The notes beneath the pieces are model-generated. The model was given only the letters and a program-made list of their open reading frames with translations, was not told where the DNA came from and did no database searches. The position numbers were made by a program, and so were the translations under genes. From Escherichia coli (lineage in GTDB: Bacteria; Pseudomonadota; Gammaproteobacteria; Enterobacterales; Enterobacteriaceae), in the NCBI RefSeq assembly GCF_003334385.1, contig NZ_QOWN01000011.1: DNA of 64,000 bases; one strand, 5' to 3'. Below, piece by piece: positions 38,740 to 54,490 of the stretch; positions within the stretch are counted from its first letter, which is position 1; every line of letters starts with the position of its first letter.

Positions 38740-38775
38740 CAAAAAAACCACCCGGCAGCGAAAATTCACTGCCGG
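38740..38775 (-). terminator. intrinsic terminator between phoA and psiF
   Basis: 8-bp perfect stem CCCGGCAG / CTGCCGGG (38750-38775) with 10-nt loop; on the minus strand followed by TTTTTTT (plus-strand A run 38740-38746). Confidence 0.8.
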
Positions 38776-38783
38776 GCGCGGTT

Positions 38784-40199
38784 TTATTTCAGCCCCAGAG
38801 CGGCTTTCATGGTGTAGAAGAGATCGGTCTGGTCGGTCAGTCCAACAACATTGGCGGCATGCGGGCCATACGCCGCAATACGCAACTGACTGCCGGTATG
38901 TTCTTGTGAATCCTCTTCGGAGTTCCCGTAACTCATCACCATCACTGCGCCATCTTTGGTATTTAGCGCCTGGGTGAGGCCCGGAGCTTTGGTATCCGGC
39001 GCAACAATCTGGCTGGCGTGGGCGTGATCAGCGGTGACTATGACCAGCGTGTTACCCTCCTTTTTAGCGAATTCCAGCGCCCGTTGTACGGCTTCATCGA
39101 GATCGACCGTCTCGCCAATTTGCCCACAAGGATTCGCAGCATGATCCTGTTTATCGATTGACGCACCTTCAACTTGCAGGAAAAAGCCTTTCTCATTTTT
39201 ACTCAACAATTCAATGGCTTTGTCGGTCATCTGCGCCAGGGTTGGTACACTGTCATTACGTTGCGGATTTGGCGTACAGGTGACTGCGGGCTTATCGATA
39301 TTGCCATGGTACGTTGCTTTCGGTCCTAGCCAGCGCACTGGCATATTGCCGTCAGCAAACAGGCCAAGCAGGGGTTTTTGCTGATTCGCTTCCGTCACCG
39401 AATTCAGTGAGGCAGCATCGCTCACCAACTGATAACCACGCGCCTGTGCCTGTTCACGCAGCGTTTTTCCCTGCCATTCACCAGCGGTTGCCGTTTCAGC
39501 AAAGGTTTTTGCGCCGCCGCCAAGCGTAACGTCGGCACGAGCGTTAAGCAGCTGTTCGGTAATCGATCCTTTTCCGCCTTTTTCCAGAGCGTTACCCGGA
39601 CATTTTTCACTGGTCGCGCTCGGACCGTAGCATTTGCGCGAGGTCACATGTGCCACCAGCGCAGCGGGCGTGGCATCCTGCAACTCTGCGGTAGAAACGT
39701 TACCGGTCGCCAGACCTGCGGCTTTTGCCATTTCCAGAATCGTTGGGTGATCTTTTTCGTGAATATCGACGCCCAGCGCGCCGTTATAGGTTTTGACACC
39801 GGTTGACCAGGCGGTTGCTGATGCAGCCGAGTCGGTGACGTAGTCCGGTTTGCCGGTTTTTTTATTCAGCGCATAGTGAGTGTATTGCCCGGTAAGCGGT
39901 AAGGCATCTATACCTTTAAAAAAGCCGCCCGCACCTTCGGCATAATTACGTGCGGCAGTAATTTCCGAGTCCCCCATCCCATCGCCAATCAGCAAAATAA
40001 TATTTTTTGCAGGTTTATCGCTAAGAGAATCACGCAGAGCGGCAGTCTGATCACCCGTTAAACGGCGAGCACCGCCGGGTGCAGTAATATCGCCCTGAGC
40101 AGCCCGGTTTTCCAGAACAGGCATTTCTGGTGTCCGGGTTTTTGTCACAGGGGTAAACAGTAACGGTAAGAGTGCCAGTGCAATAGTGCTTTGTTTCAC
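38784..40199 (-). CDS. phoA: alkaline phosphatase
   Basis: 471-aa product from GTG (complement 40197-40199) with GGAGAAAATAAA upstream: [20 protein letters not shown]...; active-site region DSAASATAW; Pho box upstream. Confidence 0.95.
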   Translation of the reverse strand: MKQSTIALALLPLLFTPVTKTRTPEMPVLENRAAQGDITAPGGARRLTGDQTAALRDSLSDKPAKNIILLIGDGMGDSEITAARNYAEGAGGFFKGIDALPLTGQYTHYALNKKTGKPDYVTDSAASATAWSTGVKTYNGALGVDIHEKDHPTILEMAKAAGLATGNVSTAELQDATPAALVAHVTSRKCYGPSATSEKCPGNALEKGGKGSITEQLLNARADVTLGGGAKTFAETATAGEWQGKTLREQAQARGYQLVSDAASLNSVTEANQQKPLLGLFADGNMPVRWLGPKATYHGNIDKPAVTCTPNPQRNDSVPTLAQMTDKAIELLSKNEKGFFLQVEGASIDKQDHAANPCGQIGETVDLDEAVQRALEFAKKEGNTLVIVTADHAHASQIVAPDTKAPGLTQALNTKDGAVMVMSYGNSEEDSQEHTGSQLRIAAYGPHAANVVGLTDQTDLFYTMKAALGLK

Positions 40200-40259
40200 T
40201 TTATTTTCTCCATGTACAAATACATTAAAAAATAAAAACAAAGCGACTATAAGTCTCGG

Positions 40260-40279
40260 CCGTGACAACTTTATGACAG
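40260..40279 (-). promoter_or_regulatory. Pho box of the phoA promoter
   Basis: Reverse complement reads CTGTCATAAAGTTGTCACGG, followed by a TATAGT -10 element and the GTG start; lies about 20 bp downstream of the iraP stop. Confidence 0.85.
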
Positions 40280-40299
40280 CTGTTGAAAAGATTAACTTT

Positions 40300-40560
40300 T
40301 TACTGACGAGGATGCTTCAATAACTTCTTTACGTAATCGCGCAGCAGCTCCGTATCGTCGTCAGGAATGCTGGCATCGGGCTTTACCTCGTACAGCGCCC
40401 CCTCTACCTGATCAATCAACCGCTGTTGGTCATTTTGCGCCATATTGCGAAGCATTGCAGTGACGATAATCTCCAAAGCTTCTACCTGCGCACACAGTTC
40501 TTTCGACTCTTCTTCTTTTTGGGCAAGCTTAAATAACAACTCAGCAATGAGATTTTTCAT
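40300..40560 (-). CDS. iraP: anti-adaptor protein IraP
   Basis: 86-aa [47 protein letters not shown]... Confidence 0.9.
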
Positions 40561-41022
40561 GTCTGTATTTCCTTATCCAAAGTATGGAGAAGTTAACATT
40601 ATGTTTCACAACTTCATAGTGTCTGGAAGTATTATTTTTATGACAAAGGAAATACTTTGCGCAAATATTTTTTGTTTGATTACCAGCGAAACGTTTCTCT
40701 TATTTAAATAATTACCCACACAAAATATAGGCTTTTAATTATCAACCTTTATTATAAATAAAAGTTATGAAATATATTCTCTTCGTTAACTTATAATTAA
40801 GAGAAAAAAACTCACCGCATGGCCATTTAAGCCAGGAATAAATTAGCTTCCCGTTCATCATTTTTGTGATCTTGCGCACATCTTTGAGATAACGCACTTT
40901 CTTCACCAGTACGTTGCACGCTTTGTCAGCAGAAGATTGCAACAATCTTTCAGAAGGCCGCGAATCCCCCGTTTTGTCGTGGTAATGTATGCACTTTGTG
41001 TTAGACGGGATAGGTTTTTAAG

Positions 41023-42117
41023 ATGGAAAAACTGCGGGTAGGAATCGTTTTTGGTGGTAAATCAGCGGAACATGAAGTGTCTCTGCAATCGGCAAAAAAC
41101 ATTGTCGATGCCATTGATAAAAGTCGCTTCGACGTTGTGCTGCTGGGCATTGATAAACAAGGGCAATGGCACGTCAGCGATGCCAGCAATTATCTGCTAA
41201 ATGCAGACGATCCTGCCCATATTGCGTTGCGCCCTTCGGCGACCAGCCTTGCGCAGGTGCCAGGTAAACATGAGCATCAGCTTATCGACGCGCAAAACGG
41301 TCAGCCGTTGCCGACGGTGGATGTCATTTTCCCGATTGTCCACGGTACGCTGGGCGAAGATGGTTCCTTGCAGGGAATGCTGCGGGTCGCCAATTTACCG
41401 TTTGTAGGTTCTGATGTTCTGGCTTCAGCAGCCTGTATGGACAAAGATGTCACCAAACGTCTGCTACGCGATGCCGGGCTGAACATTGCGCCATTTATTA
41501 CCCTGACGCGCGCCAATCGTCACAACATTAGTTTTGCCGAAGTGGAGTCTAAACTGGGGTTACCACTGTTTGTAAAACCGGCTAATCAGGGCTCTTCTGT
41601 TGGTGTCAGCAAAGTAACCAGTGAAGAACAGTACGCAATTGCCGTCGATCTGGCGTTCGAGTTCGATCATAAAGTGATCGTTGAGCAAGGGATCAAAGGT
41701 CGTGAGATCGAATGCGCAGTTCTGGGCAACGACAATCCGCAAGCCAGCACCTGTGGAGAGATCGTACTCACCAGCGATTTCTATGCCTACGACACCAAGT
41801 ACATTGACGAAGATGGCGCGAAAGTGGTAGTTCCGGCAGCCATTGCGCCAGAAATCAACGATAAGATCCGGGCGATTGCCGTTCAGGCTTATCAAACGTT
41901 GGGATGCGCAGGCATGGCGCGTGTAGACGTGTTTTTAACCCCAGAGAACGAAGTGGTGATCAACGAGATCAACACCCTGCCTGGCTTCACTAATATCAGT
42001 ATGTATCCGAAGCTGTGGCAAGCCAGCGGTCTGGGTTACACCGATCTGATCACACGTTTGATTGAACTGGCGCTGGAGCGTCACGCTGCGGATAACGCAT
42101 TGAAAACCACAATGTAA
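41023..42117 (+). CDS. ddlA: D-alanine--D-alanine ligase A
   Basis: 364-aa [53 protein letters not shown]..., ATP-grasp. Confidence 0.95.
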   Translation: MEKLRVGIVFGGKSAEHEVSLQSAKNIVDAIDKSRFDVVLLGIDKQGQWHVSDASNYLLNADDPAHIALRPSATSLAQVPGKHEHQLIDAQNGQPLPTVDVIFPIVHGTLGEDGSLQGMLRVANLPFVGSDVLASAACMDKDVTKRLLRDAGLNIAPFITLTRANRHNISFAEVESKLGLPLFVKPANQGSSVGVSKVTSEEQYAIAVDLAFEFDHKVIVEQGIKGREIECAVLGNDNPQASTCGEIVLTSDFYAYDTKYIDEDGAKVVVPAAIAPEINDKIRAIAVQAYQTLGCAGMARVDVFLTPENEVVINEINTLPGFTNISMYPKLWQASGLGYTDLITRLIELALERHAADNALKTTM

Positions 42118-42140
42118 TATTTTAACGCCCGATAATATTC

Positions 42141-42353
42141 TTATTGGGCGTTTTCAGTTTCTTCATCGCGACGACGAATAATCAACCCCGCCAGCCAGAA
42201 ACTAATCACCCACGTCACCAGACCGACGGCATAGGTCTGCCAACCTTTTGCTTCAAATCCCAGTAACCCCACCACGCCATTAAGAATGAATATAAGGCCA
42301 ATGGCGAACGCATAGTAGTGCCAGTCACGGCGGATTTTTACAGGCAGATTCAT
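42141..42353 (-). CDS. yaiZ: small membrane protein YaiZ
   Basis: 70-aa product MNLPVKIRRDWHYYAFAIGLIFILNGVVGLLGF...; start uncertain (track ORF extends to 114 aa). Confidence 0.6.
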   Translation of the reverse strand: MNLPVKIRRDWHYYAFAIGLIFILNGVVGLLGFEAKGWQTYAVGLVTWVISFWLAGLIIRRRDEETENAQ

Positions 42354-42612
42354 GGCAGCTCCGTTAACGAAAAACAACATCCTTGCATATTCTGCAACAA
42401 CCGTCTGTGGTGTAGACAACATTTTCGTAATTGTTAATAAATTTAACTTAAGGTTGCCATTTTGTGACTCACAACGAAGATTCACGCTTCGGGAATATTC
42501 CCAACATCAATTTACCATGATTCTGATATTGACAATCTAAATGACCTGTCAGACTTGCCATAAGCCGCTGGTATCACACCAGAAGAGAAGCAGATGACTT
42601 CCGGAGGTTTTT

Positions 42613-42921
42613 ATGGCTGATTTCACCCTGTCAAAATCGCTGTTTAGCGGAAAATATCGCAATGCCTCTTCAACGCCTGGCAACATTGCCTATGCGTTGT
42701 TTGTGCTGTTTTGCTTTTGGGCTGGGGCGCAATTGCTGAACCTGTTAGTGCATGCGCCCGGCGTCTATGAGCGTTTAATGCAGGTCCAGGAAACAGGTCG
42801 CCCACGGGTGGAAATTGGTTTAGGTGTCGGCACCATTTTCGGGCTGATCCCGTTTTTAGTAGGCTGCCTCATTTTTGCAGTGGTGGCGCTATGGCTGCAC
42901 TGGCGACATCGCCGCCAGTAA
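42613..42921 (+). CDS. yaiY: inner-membrane protein YaiY (DUF2755)
   Basis: 102-aa ORF with two hydrophobic helices; followed by a REP element. Confidence 0.8.
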
Positions 42922-42933
42922 GTTTTACATTGT

Positions 42934-42967
42934 CAGATGCGGCCTGAAACGCCTTATCTGGCCTGAC
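42934..42967. repeat. REP-like element downstream of yaiY
   Basis: CAGATGCGGCCTGAAACGCCTTATCTGGCCTGAC. Confidence 0.6.
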
Positions 42968-42979
42968 ATTCCTGTTTGA

Positions 42980-44074
42980 TCACTGTTTCATACAACGCGC
43001 CCGCCGTTCGTCTACGCGCTTCGCAAACCAGGCCGTAGTCAGGTTGCGGGTGATTTTCGGGCTTTCCAGTTGAATGCCAGGCAACATTTCGCGGGGGAGT
43101 GATTTACCCGTTTTCGTTTCGGCAAGTTGATAAACTTTCTTGTACAGCGCCGTCTCCTCAAAAGAGAAGCTGTCACCTTTCTCTAACTGACGGCGAATTT
43201 CGCTGTCGCTCATCCCCAGTTTTGCAGCCAGTTTGCGCGTTGCCAGTTCGGTTTTCCCGGGTTCTTTACTGTCGTAACGAATTAAATCACCGTCCAGTGC
43301 CAGCTTCACGCCGCTGGCCTTACTGACCGCGTTCTGAAACGCGGCATTACGGCTGGCGTACCAGCCAGCGTTAAAATCAGCAAAACGGTATATCGGTGCG
43401 CTATAACTGGCGGGATAATTCAGTAAATGGTAAGTACCAAACCACAACCCGCCGCGGCGACTGAAGACTTCCTGACGGACTGTACCGTCCATTTTCCACG
43501 GATACCCTTTGGTATGCTGTTCGGCAAAAGCAATGCTGACCTGCATCGGCCCACCGGTGCGCACCGGATTGAGCGAACCAAACAGCGTCTGCCCCATTGG
43601 CACCATGTTGATCAGATCGTCAAAAATCGCGCTCAATTGCTTTTCTGTACGCACCGAATCTAACCGTTCGCTATAACTTTTGCCGTTTGGCGATTTGATT
43701 TTTAGCGCGGTATGAACCAGAAAAGCAGGAATGTGCATCCGTTCAGCACGACGGTCAATCTCTTGCCAGGCGATCTTGCTTAAGCCCGGAACGGCCGGAT
43801 CTGCCTGATAATTTGACTCCTGCTGCGCCACCGCCAGCACCGAGCAGACGTTTTCCAGCGTCGGTGCCAGCCCCTGACTTTCAAAGGTGGTGGCGAGATC
43901 TTTCGCCCAGGCATCGCGGTCTTTCACGCTCGCAGGCATCTTCTGCCGCACGACGCTCGCTACATCTATCGCTTTTTCGCCCTTTTTCAACGGTTGCGGA
44001 GCCTGACTACTACACCCCGCTAAAACCAGAACCGCCAACAATGACAGCGAAGATAGAGGATTGACGCGCGACAT
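42980..44074 (-). CDS. yaiW: lipoprotein YaiW
   Basis: 364-aa ORF MSRVNPLSSLSLLAVLVLAGC (lipobox LAGC); immediately downstream of sbmA. Confidence 0.88.
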   Translation of the reverse strand: MSRVNPLSSLSLLAVLVLAGCSSQAPQPLKKGEKAIDVASVVRQKMPASVKDRDAWAKDLATTFESQGLAPTLENVCSVLAVAQQESNYQADPAVPGLSKIAWQEIDRRAERMHIPAFLVHTALKIKSPNGKSYSERLDSVRTEKQLSAIFDDLINMVPMGQTLFGSLNPVRTGGPMQVSIAFAEQHTKGYPWKMDGTVRQEVFSRRGGLWFGTYHLLNYPASYSAPIYRFADFNAGWYASRNAAFQNAVSKASGVKLALDGDLIRYDSKEPGKTELATRKLAAKLGMSDSEIRRQLEKGDSFSFEETALYKKVYQLAETKTGKSLPREMLPGIQLESPKITRNLTTAWFAKRVDERRARCMKQ

Positions 44075-44086
44075 TACTTCTCCTTT

Positions 44087-45307
44087 TTAGCTCAAGGTAT
44101 GGGTTACTTCCTGAATTTTGTCACCATCCAGCTCATGTTCAAAGCTGCGCAGACGTTTGTAGATAGACATCAACTCAACCAGTGTGGTCCATGAGTTAAT
44201 CAGGTACTGGAAAGCACCGCGAACCTGACCAAAAACGTTGGTAATCTGCGTCATCAGGCCGAGCGTAATCGTACCGGCAACAATTGACGGAAACAGCAAG
44301 AACAAACCGAAAACGTTATCGACCTGCAAATAGAGAATGCGGGCGATGTTGAAATACATATAGTGAAAATAGAGGCGGAAATAGTTTTTCCGTACGGCGC
44401 TAAACAGCTCGCGTACCGTAGGCGGCGTCGCGCGCGTGGCATCGTCTTCACCATAAACCAGCTCTTTACGGTAGGCAGCCTCTACACGCTGGTTTTTAAA
44501 CTCCAGCCCCGGCAGTTTGATCCCTACCACTGCCAGCAATCCGGTCCCCATCAGCGACCAGACGATTACGGCAATCACCAGACCATACGGAATGTGCCCG
44601 ATAATCGGCAGCTCCGGCACATGCGCGGAGAGCGTTACCAGCACCGGCAGGAAGGCGATCAACGTCATGATGGCGTTGATAAAACTGACGCCCATATTCT
44701 CCAGCGTTGAAGCAAAACGCATGGTGTCTTCCTGCACACGCTGTGCGGCCCCTTCGATATGACGCAGTTGTTGCCAGTTCGCCATGTAATATTCGTTCAT
44801 CGCTGTACGCCAGCGGAACACGTAGTGACTGACAAAGAAGTTGTTCAGCACACTGATCACCACAGCGATCAGCGCAATCCCCAGAAAGACGCCCACTTCG
44901 CGGTAAAATTGTTCGATGGTGACTTTATGCGGCGAACTTAGCGCGGTTTGAATCAGATCATAGAACGGCGCATACCAGGCGTTGACGGCGACCCCGACTT
45001 CCACCAAAAACCAGGTGACGAAGATGATCAGTGCAGTACCGAGTATTGACCAGTATTGCCAACGATGCGGGCTGTAGATAAACCAGAACAATGCAAAAAG
45101 TCCTACGCAAACAATGTAGTAAGCGTAAAAAATCAGGAAATCCAACGACCAGAAACGCGCGGCGCTAATCGGGATCTGCCCGGAAGCGCCGGTGATACGC
45201 GCCACCCAGTCACCCCCACCGGCTTGCCAGAAGATAACGGCAATCAATGCCCAAACGAAGGCCGAGAGAAAAAACGTTCCCGGCTTTGGGAAAAAAGACT
45301 TAAACAT
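44087..45307 (-). CDS. sbmA: peptide antibiotic/peptide uptake transporter SbmA
   Basis: 406-aa product [27 protein letters not shown]...; SbmA/BacA family. Confidence 0.93.
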   Translation of the reverse strand: MFKSFFPKPGTFFLSAFVWALIAVIFWQAGGGDWVARITGASGQIPISAARFWSLDFLIFYAYYIVCVGLFALFWFIYSPHRWQYWSILGTALIIFVTWFLVEVGVAVNAWYAPFYDLIQTALSSPHKVTIEQFYREVGVFLGIALIAVVISVLNNFFVSHYVFRWRTAMNEYYMANWQQLRHIEGAAQRVQEDTMRFASTLENMGVSFINAIMTLIAFLPVLVTLSAHVPELPIIGHIPYGLVIAVIVWSLMGTGLLAVVGIKLPGLEFKNQRVEAAYRKELVYGEDDATRATPPTVRELFSAVRKNYFRLYFHYMYFNIARILYLQVDNVFGLFLLFPSIVAGTITLGLMTQITNVFGQVRGAFQYLINSWTTLVELMSIYKRLRSFEHELDGDKIQEVTHTLS

Positions 45308-45658
45308 ATGCACTCCTGCTAACTTCTTATCGTTTTAACAACTGCTGTGTATTAACCGCATGACCGCTACAAAGCGTCAGCCAAATGAAACCGCCCATTG
45401 TGACCCATAGCAAGGCGCTTAGTTCGCCAGCCTGACCATAAGAATTGTTTCGACGGATTTCACAAACCAAAGATTGTTTACATAAGCGGATTAACACGCG
45501 CAGGATCACAAATGCAGGCATTGGTGAGCAGGAAAAAGATCGTGTTTACGCGCCGTTACGTTTTTAACACTATTATTGCACTAATTCGCCCTTTGCAATC
45601 TATCAATGAGTAGTATAAATACGCTCAGTTACCTTCATTCAATCTATGGACACCACCG

Positions 45659-46816
45659 TTGAAACGTAGTCTGCTTTTTTCTGCCGTGCTGTGTGCGGCG
45701 TCATTGACCTCCGTCCATGCGGCGCAGCCGATCACTGAACCGGAGTTTGCCTCTGATATTGTCGATCGTTATGCCGATCATATTTTTTACGGCAGCGGTG
45801 CCACGGGGATGGCTCTGGTTGTTATCGACGGTAACCAGCGCGTCTTTCGCAGTTATGGCGAAACGCGACCTGGTAATAACGTTCGCCCGCAGCTGGATTC
45901 GGTCGTGCGTATTGCTTCCCTCACCAAGCTAATGACCAGTGAGATGCTGGTGAAATTGCTCGACCAGGGGACCGTGAAGTTAAACGATCCGCTAAGTAAA
46001 TATGCTCCGCCAGGCGCACGCGTGCCAACCTACAATGGGACGCCCATTACGCTGGTCAATCTGGCAACCCATACCAGCGCCCTGCCCCGTGAACAGCCCG
46101 GTGGCGCGGCACATCGTCCGGTGTTTGTCTGGCCAACGCGCGAGCAACGCTGGAAATACCTTTCTACGGCGAAGCTGAAAGCCGCGCCAGGCAGTCAGGC
46201 GGCGTACTCTAACCTTGCGTTCGACCTGCTGGCAGATGCACTGGCGAATGCGTCCGGCAAGCCTTATACCCAGTTGTTTGAAGAGCAGATTACCCGTCCA
46301 TTGGGGATGAAAGACACCACCTACACCCCCTCACCGGATCAGTGCCGCCGTTTAATGGTTGCTGAGCGCGGTGCCAGTCCGTGCAATAACACGCTGGCGG
46401 CAATTGGCAGCGGCGGCGTCTATTCCACGCCTGGCGATATGATGCGCTGGATGCAGCAGTATTTGTCATCTGATTTTTATCAGCGCAGTAACCAGGCAGA
46501 TCGCATGCAGACGTTGATTTATCAGCGCGCGCAGTTTACGAAAGTGATTGGCATGGATGTCCCCGGCAAAGCGGATGCGCTTGGTTTAGGTTGGGTATAT
46601 ATGGCCCCGAAAGAGGGTCGTCCGGGGATTATTCAGAAGACAGGCGGTGGTGGCGGTTTCATTACCTATATGGCGATGATCCCGCAGAAGAATATTGGCG
46701 CGTTTGTGGTGGTCACTCGTTCGCCGTTGACGCGCTTTAAAAATATGAGCGATGGCATCAATGACCTGGTGACCGAGCTAAGCGGGAATAAACCGTTGGT
46801 TATCCCCGCGTCCTGA
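45659..46816 (+). CDS. ampH: class C beta-lactamase-related penicillin-binding protein AmpH
   Basis: 385-aa ORF with signal peptide and SxxK motif (IASLTKLMT). Confidence 0.93.
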   Translation: MKRSLLFSAVLCAASLTSVHAAQPITEPEFASDIVDRYADHIFYGSGATGMALVVIDGNQRVFRSYGETRPGNNVRPQLDSVVRIASLTKLMTSEMLVKLLDQGTVKLNDPLSKYAPPGARVPTYNGTPITLVNLATHTSALPREQPGGAAHRPVFVWPTREQRWKYLSTAKLKAAPGSQAAYSNLAFDLLADALANASGKPYTQLFEEQITRPLGMKDTTYTPSPDQCRRLMVAERGASPCNNTLAAIGSGGVYSTPGDMMRWMQQYLSSDFYQRSNQADRMQTLIYQRAQFTKVIGMDVPGKADALGLGWVYMAPKEGRPGIIQKTGGGGGFITYMAMIPQKNIGAFVVVTRSPLTRFKNMSDGINDLVTELSGNKPLVIPAS

Positions 46817-47505
<689 letters not shown>

Positions 47506-47506
47506 T

Positions 47507-50434
<2,928 letters not shown>

Positions 50435-50957
50435 TTGTCATCCCTCCTCAGGGACGTAATAAGTTGATCCATCAATTATCAATGCATAGAAAACATATTA
50501 TGTTTCGCGCTAACGATTATGCTGCGTTACAGACGAATGGTTCAATTATTCTTTCCCCTAAGTCCGAATGTGGACATATATAATTTATGGAGAAAAACAC
50601 GCATCAAATTCATAAAAGCACAGTATTTCAACATGTTGCAGATAATTTTGTTTTTGAAGCATACGCATAATAAATATCACAAACACAAACCAGATAAATA
50701 TCCTATGAATATGCAACAAAGTTTTAATTATTCAATTTATAGCAGCGCAACCAAACCCCAAAAAATAATAACCAACAGCTATAAATAAAGATTAAAAATA
50801 TTTTCAGTGAATATAAAATTATTGCTGTTTCTATTAAAAAGATGTCCTGGCCTCTCTTCCATTCTCTTCTTGTCAACATCGCGACAACTTTCGTAAAACA
50901 TCCCTACCCTGCTTCAGGTATACTATGCCCCTCGATTCCACAAACATCAGGCAGACC

Positions 50958-51932
50958 ATGACAGACTTAATCCAACGCCCTCGTCGCCTGCGCAAATCTC
51001 CTGCGCTGCGCGCTATGTTTGAAGAGACAACACTTAGCCTTAACGACCTGGTGTTGCCGATCTTTGTTGAAGAAGAAATTGACGACTACAAAGCCGTTGA
51101 AGCCATGCCAGGCGTGATGCGCATTCCAGAGAAACATCTGGCACGCGAAATTGAACGCATCGCCAACGCCGGTATTCGTTCCGTGATGACTTTTGGCATC
51201 TCTCACCATACCGATGAAACCGGCAGCGATGCCTGGCGGGAAGATGGACTGGTGGCGCGTATGTCGCGCATCTGCAAGCAGACCGTGCCAGAAATGATCG
51301 TTATGTCAGACACCTGCTTCTGTGAATACACTTCTCACGGTCACTGCGGTGTGCTGTGCGAGCATGGCGTCGACAACGACGCGACTCTGGAAAATTTAGG
51401 CAAGCAAGCCGTGGTTGCAGCTGCTGCAGGTGCAGACTTCATCGCCCCTTCCGCCGCGATGGACGGCCAGGTACAGGCGATTCGTCAGGCGCTGGACGCT
51501 GCGGGATTTAAAGATACGGCGATTATGTCGTATTCGACCAAGTTCGCCTCCTCCTTTTATGGCCCGTTCCGTGAAGCTGCCGGAAGCGCATTAAAAGGCG
51601 ACCGCAAAAGCTATCAGATGAACCCAATGAACCGTCGTGAGGCGATTCGTGAATCACTGCTGGATGAAGCCCAGGGCGCAGACTGCCTGATGGTTAAACC
51701 TGCTGGAGCGTACCTCGACATCGTGCGTGAGCTGCGTGAACGTACTGAATTGCCGATTGGCGCGTATCAGGTGAGCGGTGAGTATGCGATGATTAAGTTC
51801 GCCGCGCTGGCGGGTGCTATAGATGAAGAGAAAGTCGTGCTCGAAAGCTTAGGTTCGATTAAGCGTGCGGGTGCGGATCTGATTTTCAGCTACTTTGCGC
51901 TGGATTTGGCTGAGAAGAAGATTCTGCGTTAA
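50958..51932 (+). CDS. hemB: porphobilinogen synthase
   Basis: 324-aa product [26 protein letters not shown]...; metal-binding Cys cluster [12 protein letters not shown]. Confidence 0.95.
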
Positions 51933-51980
51933 TTTTGTTTCCTCTCAGAAAGGGGGAGTTAACCTGTTGAAAGTACGGTG

Positions 51981-52026
51981 AACGCCCCCTCACCCTAACC
52001 CTCTCCCCAAGGGGGCGAGGGGACCG
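51981..52026. repeat. GC-rich imperfect palindrome (boxC-like) between convergent hemB and tauD
   Basis: GAACGCCCCCTCACCCTAACCCTCTCCCCAAGGGGGCGAGGGGACC: CCCTCTCCCC and GGGGGCGAGGG arms around a 2-nt loop; family assignment from memory. Confidence 0.45.
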
Positions 52027-52038
52027 TCCACTCTCGTA

Positions 52039-52890
52039 TTACCCCGCCCGATAAAACGGTTTATCCCCAAGGATCGTCGCCCGATGCATTATCCGTCGCT
52101 GTGGCAGGTAATCGGCATTGGCATAGTGCTGGGTCACGCGGTTATCCCAAATCGCAATATCATTTGGTTGCCAGCGCCAGCGCACCTGAAACTCCGGTTT
52201 GGTGATATGGGCAAACAAAAAACTTAACAAGGCTTCGCTCTCTTTCTCGCTCACATCAACAATTCGCGTAGTAAAGCCTTCATTCACAAACAGCGCCTGT
52301 TTACCGCTCACCGGATGCGTTCGCACCACCGGATGTAGCAACGGCGGGTTTTTCGCGACCGCCTCGCGCCAGCGTTGATGTTCCTCCTCGGTTTTGCGGT
52401 ATTTGTATTCCGGGAACGATTTACGGAAATCATGCTCCGCACGCAGCCCACTCAGCAGCTGGCGGAAGGGAACAGAGAGCGCCTCATAGGCCGCAATACC
52501 GCTGGTCCAGAGCGTATCACCGCCGGTCGAAGGTAACTCTTTAGCTGCCAGAATCGCCCCTGCGGGTGGCGTTTCAATAAATGTCACATCGGTATGCCAG
52601 TTGTCGTTATCTGGCGGATTATCGTTATGGGTATCCAGCACGATGATCTCGTCAACCCCTTCGGCATGCGGGTAAACAGGGTGAATATGCAATTCGCCAA
52701 AACGCTGGGCCAGCGCGCGTTGCTGCTGCGGCGTAATAGCTTGATCGCGTAGAAACACCACCTGATGGCGCAGCACCGCATGGTAAAGCTGTTCAAACTG
52801 ATTATCGCTTAACGGGCGCGTCAGGTCGGCACCCGAAATTTGTGCGCCGATATACGGCCCCAGCGGGGTAATGCTCAGACGTTCACTCAT
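52039..52890 (-). CDS. tauD: taurine dioxygenase (Fe/2-oxoglutarate dependent)
   Basis: 283-aa [38 protein letters not shown]... Confidence 0.95.
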
Positions 52891-53714
52891 TGTACTTCTC
52901 CATGCCAGGGCGTCAGGCGGCGCTGTAACGCGCGCAGACCCAGTTCTAAAAGAAAGGCGATAATCGCAATCACCGCGATCCCCGCCAGCACCACGTCAGT
53001 TGCGAGAAATTCACCCGCTGACTGAACCATAAATCCTAAACCGCGCGTCGCGGCAATCAGCTCCGCCGCCACCAGCGTAGACCAGCCCCCCCCCAGACCA
53101 ATACGTAATCCGGTGAGGATTTCCGGCAGCGCACCGGGCAAAATGACAAACCACAGCACCTGCGCACGGCTGGCACCCAGCGACTGGGCGGCACGAATGC
53201 GAACCTGCTGCACGCTTTTCACCCCCGCCAGCGCCGACATCGCCACCGGTGCAAAAATCGCTAAATAGATCAGTAAGATCTTCGAGGTTTCACCAATACC
53301 AAACCAGATCACCATCAGCGGCAAATAAGCCAGCGGCGGCACCGGACGATAAAGCTCGATTATCGGATCCAGAATGCCGCGTACCGTAGGGCTAAGTCCC
53401 ATCGCGATCCCGACCGGAATACCGAACAACACCGCTGCAAATAGCGCCAGCATAATGCGCGTCAGACTGGCTGCCAGATGCTGCCACAGCGTGGCGTCCA
53501 TAAAGCCTTGCGGTCCGGCAATGGTGAGTAGTTTTTCCAGTACCTGTTGCGGCGGCGGCAAAAATAGCGGGCTAATCAGTTGCAGCGTCGCCACCGTCCA
53601 CCATACGGTGAGTAAAACCGCTAACGTGCCAATGCTTAAGGTCACCTGACGCGAGAGCGGCCAGCGCCATTTCAGCCGCCGCGAATGCAGTTTTTCATTA
53701 ATGAGCACACTCAT
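52887..53714 (-). CDS. tauC: taurine ABC transporter permease
   Basis: 275-aa polytopic ORF; overlaps tauD and tauB by 4 bp. Confidence 0.93.
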   Translation of the reverse strand: MSVLINEKLHSRRLKWRWPLSRQVTLSIGTLAVLLTVWWTVATLQLISPLFLPPPQQVLEKLLTIAGPQGFMDATLWQHLAASLTRIMLALFAAVLFGIPVGIAMGLSPTVRGILDPIIELYRPVPPLAYLPLMVIWFGIGETSKILLIYLAIFAPVAMSALAGVKSVQQVRIRAAQSLGASRAQVLWFVILPGALPEILTGLRIGLGGGWSTLVAAELIAATRGLGFMVQSAGEFLATDVVLAGIAVIAIIAFLLELGLRALQRRLTPWHGEVQ

Positions 53715-54478
53715 GAGAACGCCTCCCGTTGCTCAAATACGCGGCTTAAAACATATTCGCGCATGGCGATGAATTGTGGATCGGACTTGATGCTGCGGCT
53801 CGACTCTCCCGCAACAAAGCGGCGAGCAAAGTTGAGCGGCAGCCGCTCCAGCACACGGCCAGGGCCGGATGAAAGCAGAACCAGTTCAGTCGCCATAAAC
53901 ACCGCTTCTTCTATATCGTGGGTAATCAACAGCACCTGCTTGCCCGTCTCCTGCCAGAGTTTCAGCAGCAGGGTTTGCATCTGGTCGCGGGTGAAGGCGT
54001 CCAGCGCACCAAACGGTTCGTCGAGTAATAACAGCTGGGGATTCGCCGCCAGCGCACGAGCAATCCCCACCCGCTGACGTTGACCACCGGAAAGCTGCCA
54101 GATGTAGCGTTTTTCTGCGCCTTCCAGCCCCACTTTTTTCAGCATCTGGTGCGCGATTTCCAGTCGCTGCATTTTCTCTATACCTGCCAATTGCAGGCCG
54201 AACGCCACGTTGTCCTGTACATTGCGCCACGGTAGTAGCCCTTCATTCTGAAAAACTACGCCACGCTCTGCTCCCGGTCCCTCAATACGCTTACCCGCCA
54301 GTTGAATGCTGCCATGCTGATAAGGCACAAAACCGGCAATCAGATTCAGCAGGGTGGTTTTACCGCAGCCGGACGGCCCCAGCACCACCAGTAGCTCGCC
54401 GCTTTCCAGCGTCAGGTTGATATCTTCCAGTGCCGGTTTGCCGCCATAATCGGCGTAAAGATGAGAGATTTGCAGCAT
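53711..54478 (-). CDS. tauB: taurine ABC transporter ATP-binding protein
   Basis: 255-aa ORF with Walker [10 protein letters not shown], signature LSGGQRQR, Walker B LLLLDEP. Confidence 0.95.
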   Translation of the reverse strand: MLQISHLYADYGGKPALEDINLTLESGELLVVLGPSGCGKTTLLNLIAGFVPYQHGSIQLAGKRIEGPGAERGVVFQNEGLLPWRNVQDNVAFGLQLAGIEKMQRLEIAHQMLKKVGLEGAEKRYIWQLSGGQRQRVGIARALAANPQLLLLDEPFGALDAFTRDQMQTLLLKLWQETGKQVLLITHDIEEAVFMATELVLLSSGPGRVLERLPLNFARRFVAGESSRSIKSDPQFIAMREYVLSRVFEQREAFS

Positions 54479-54490
54479 CTGCGCCTCCTT

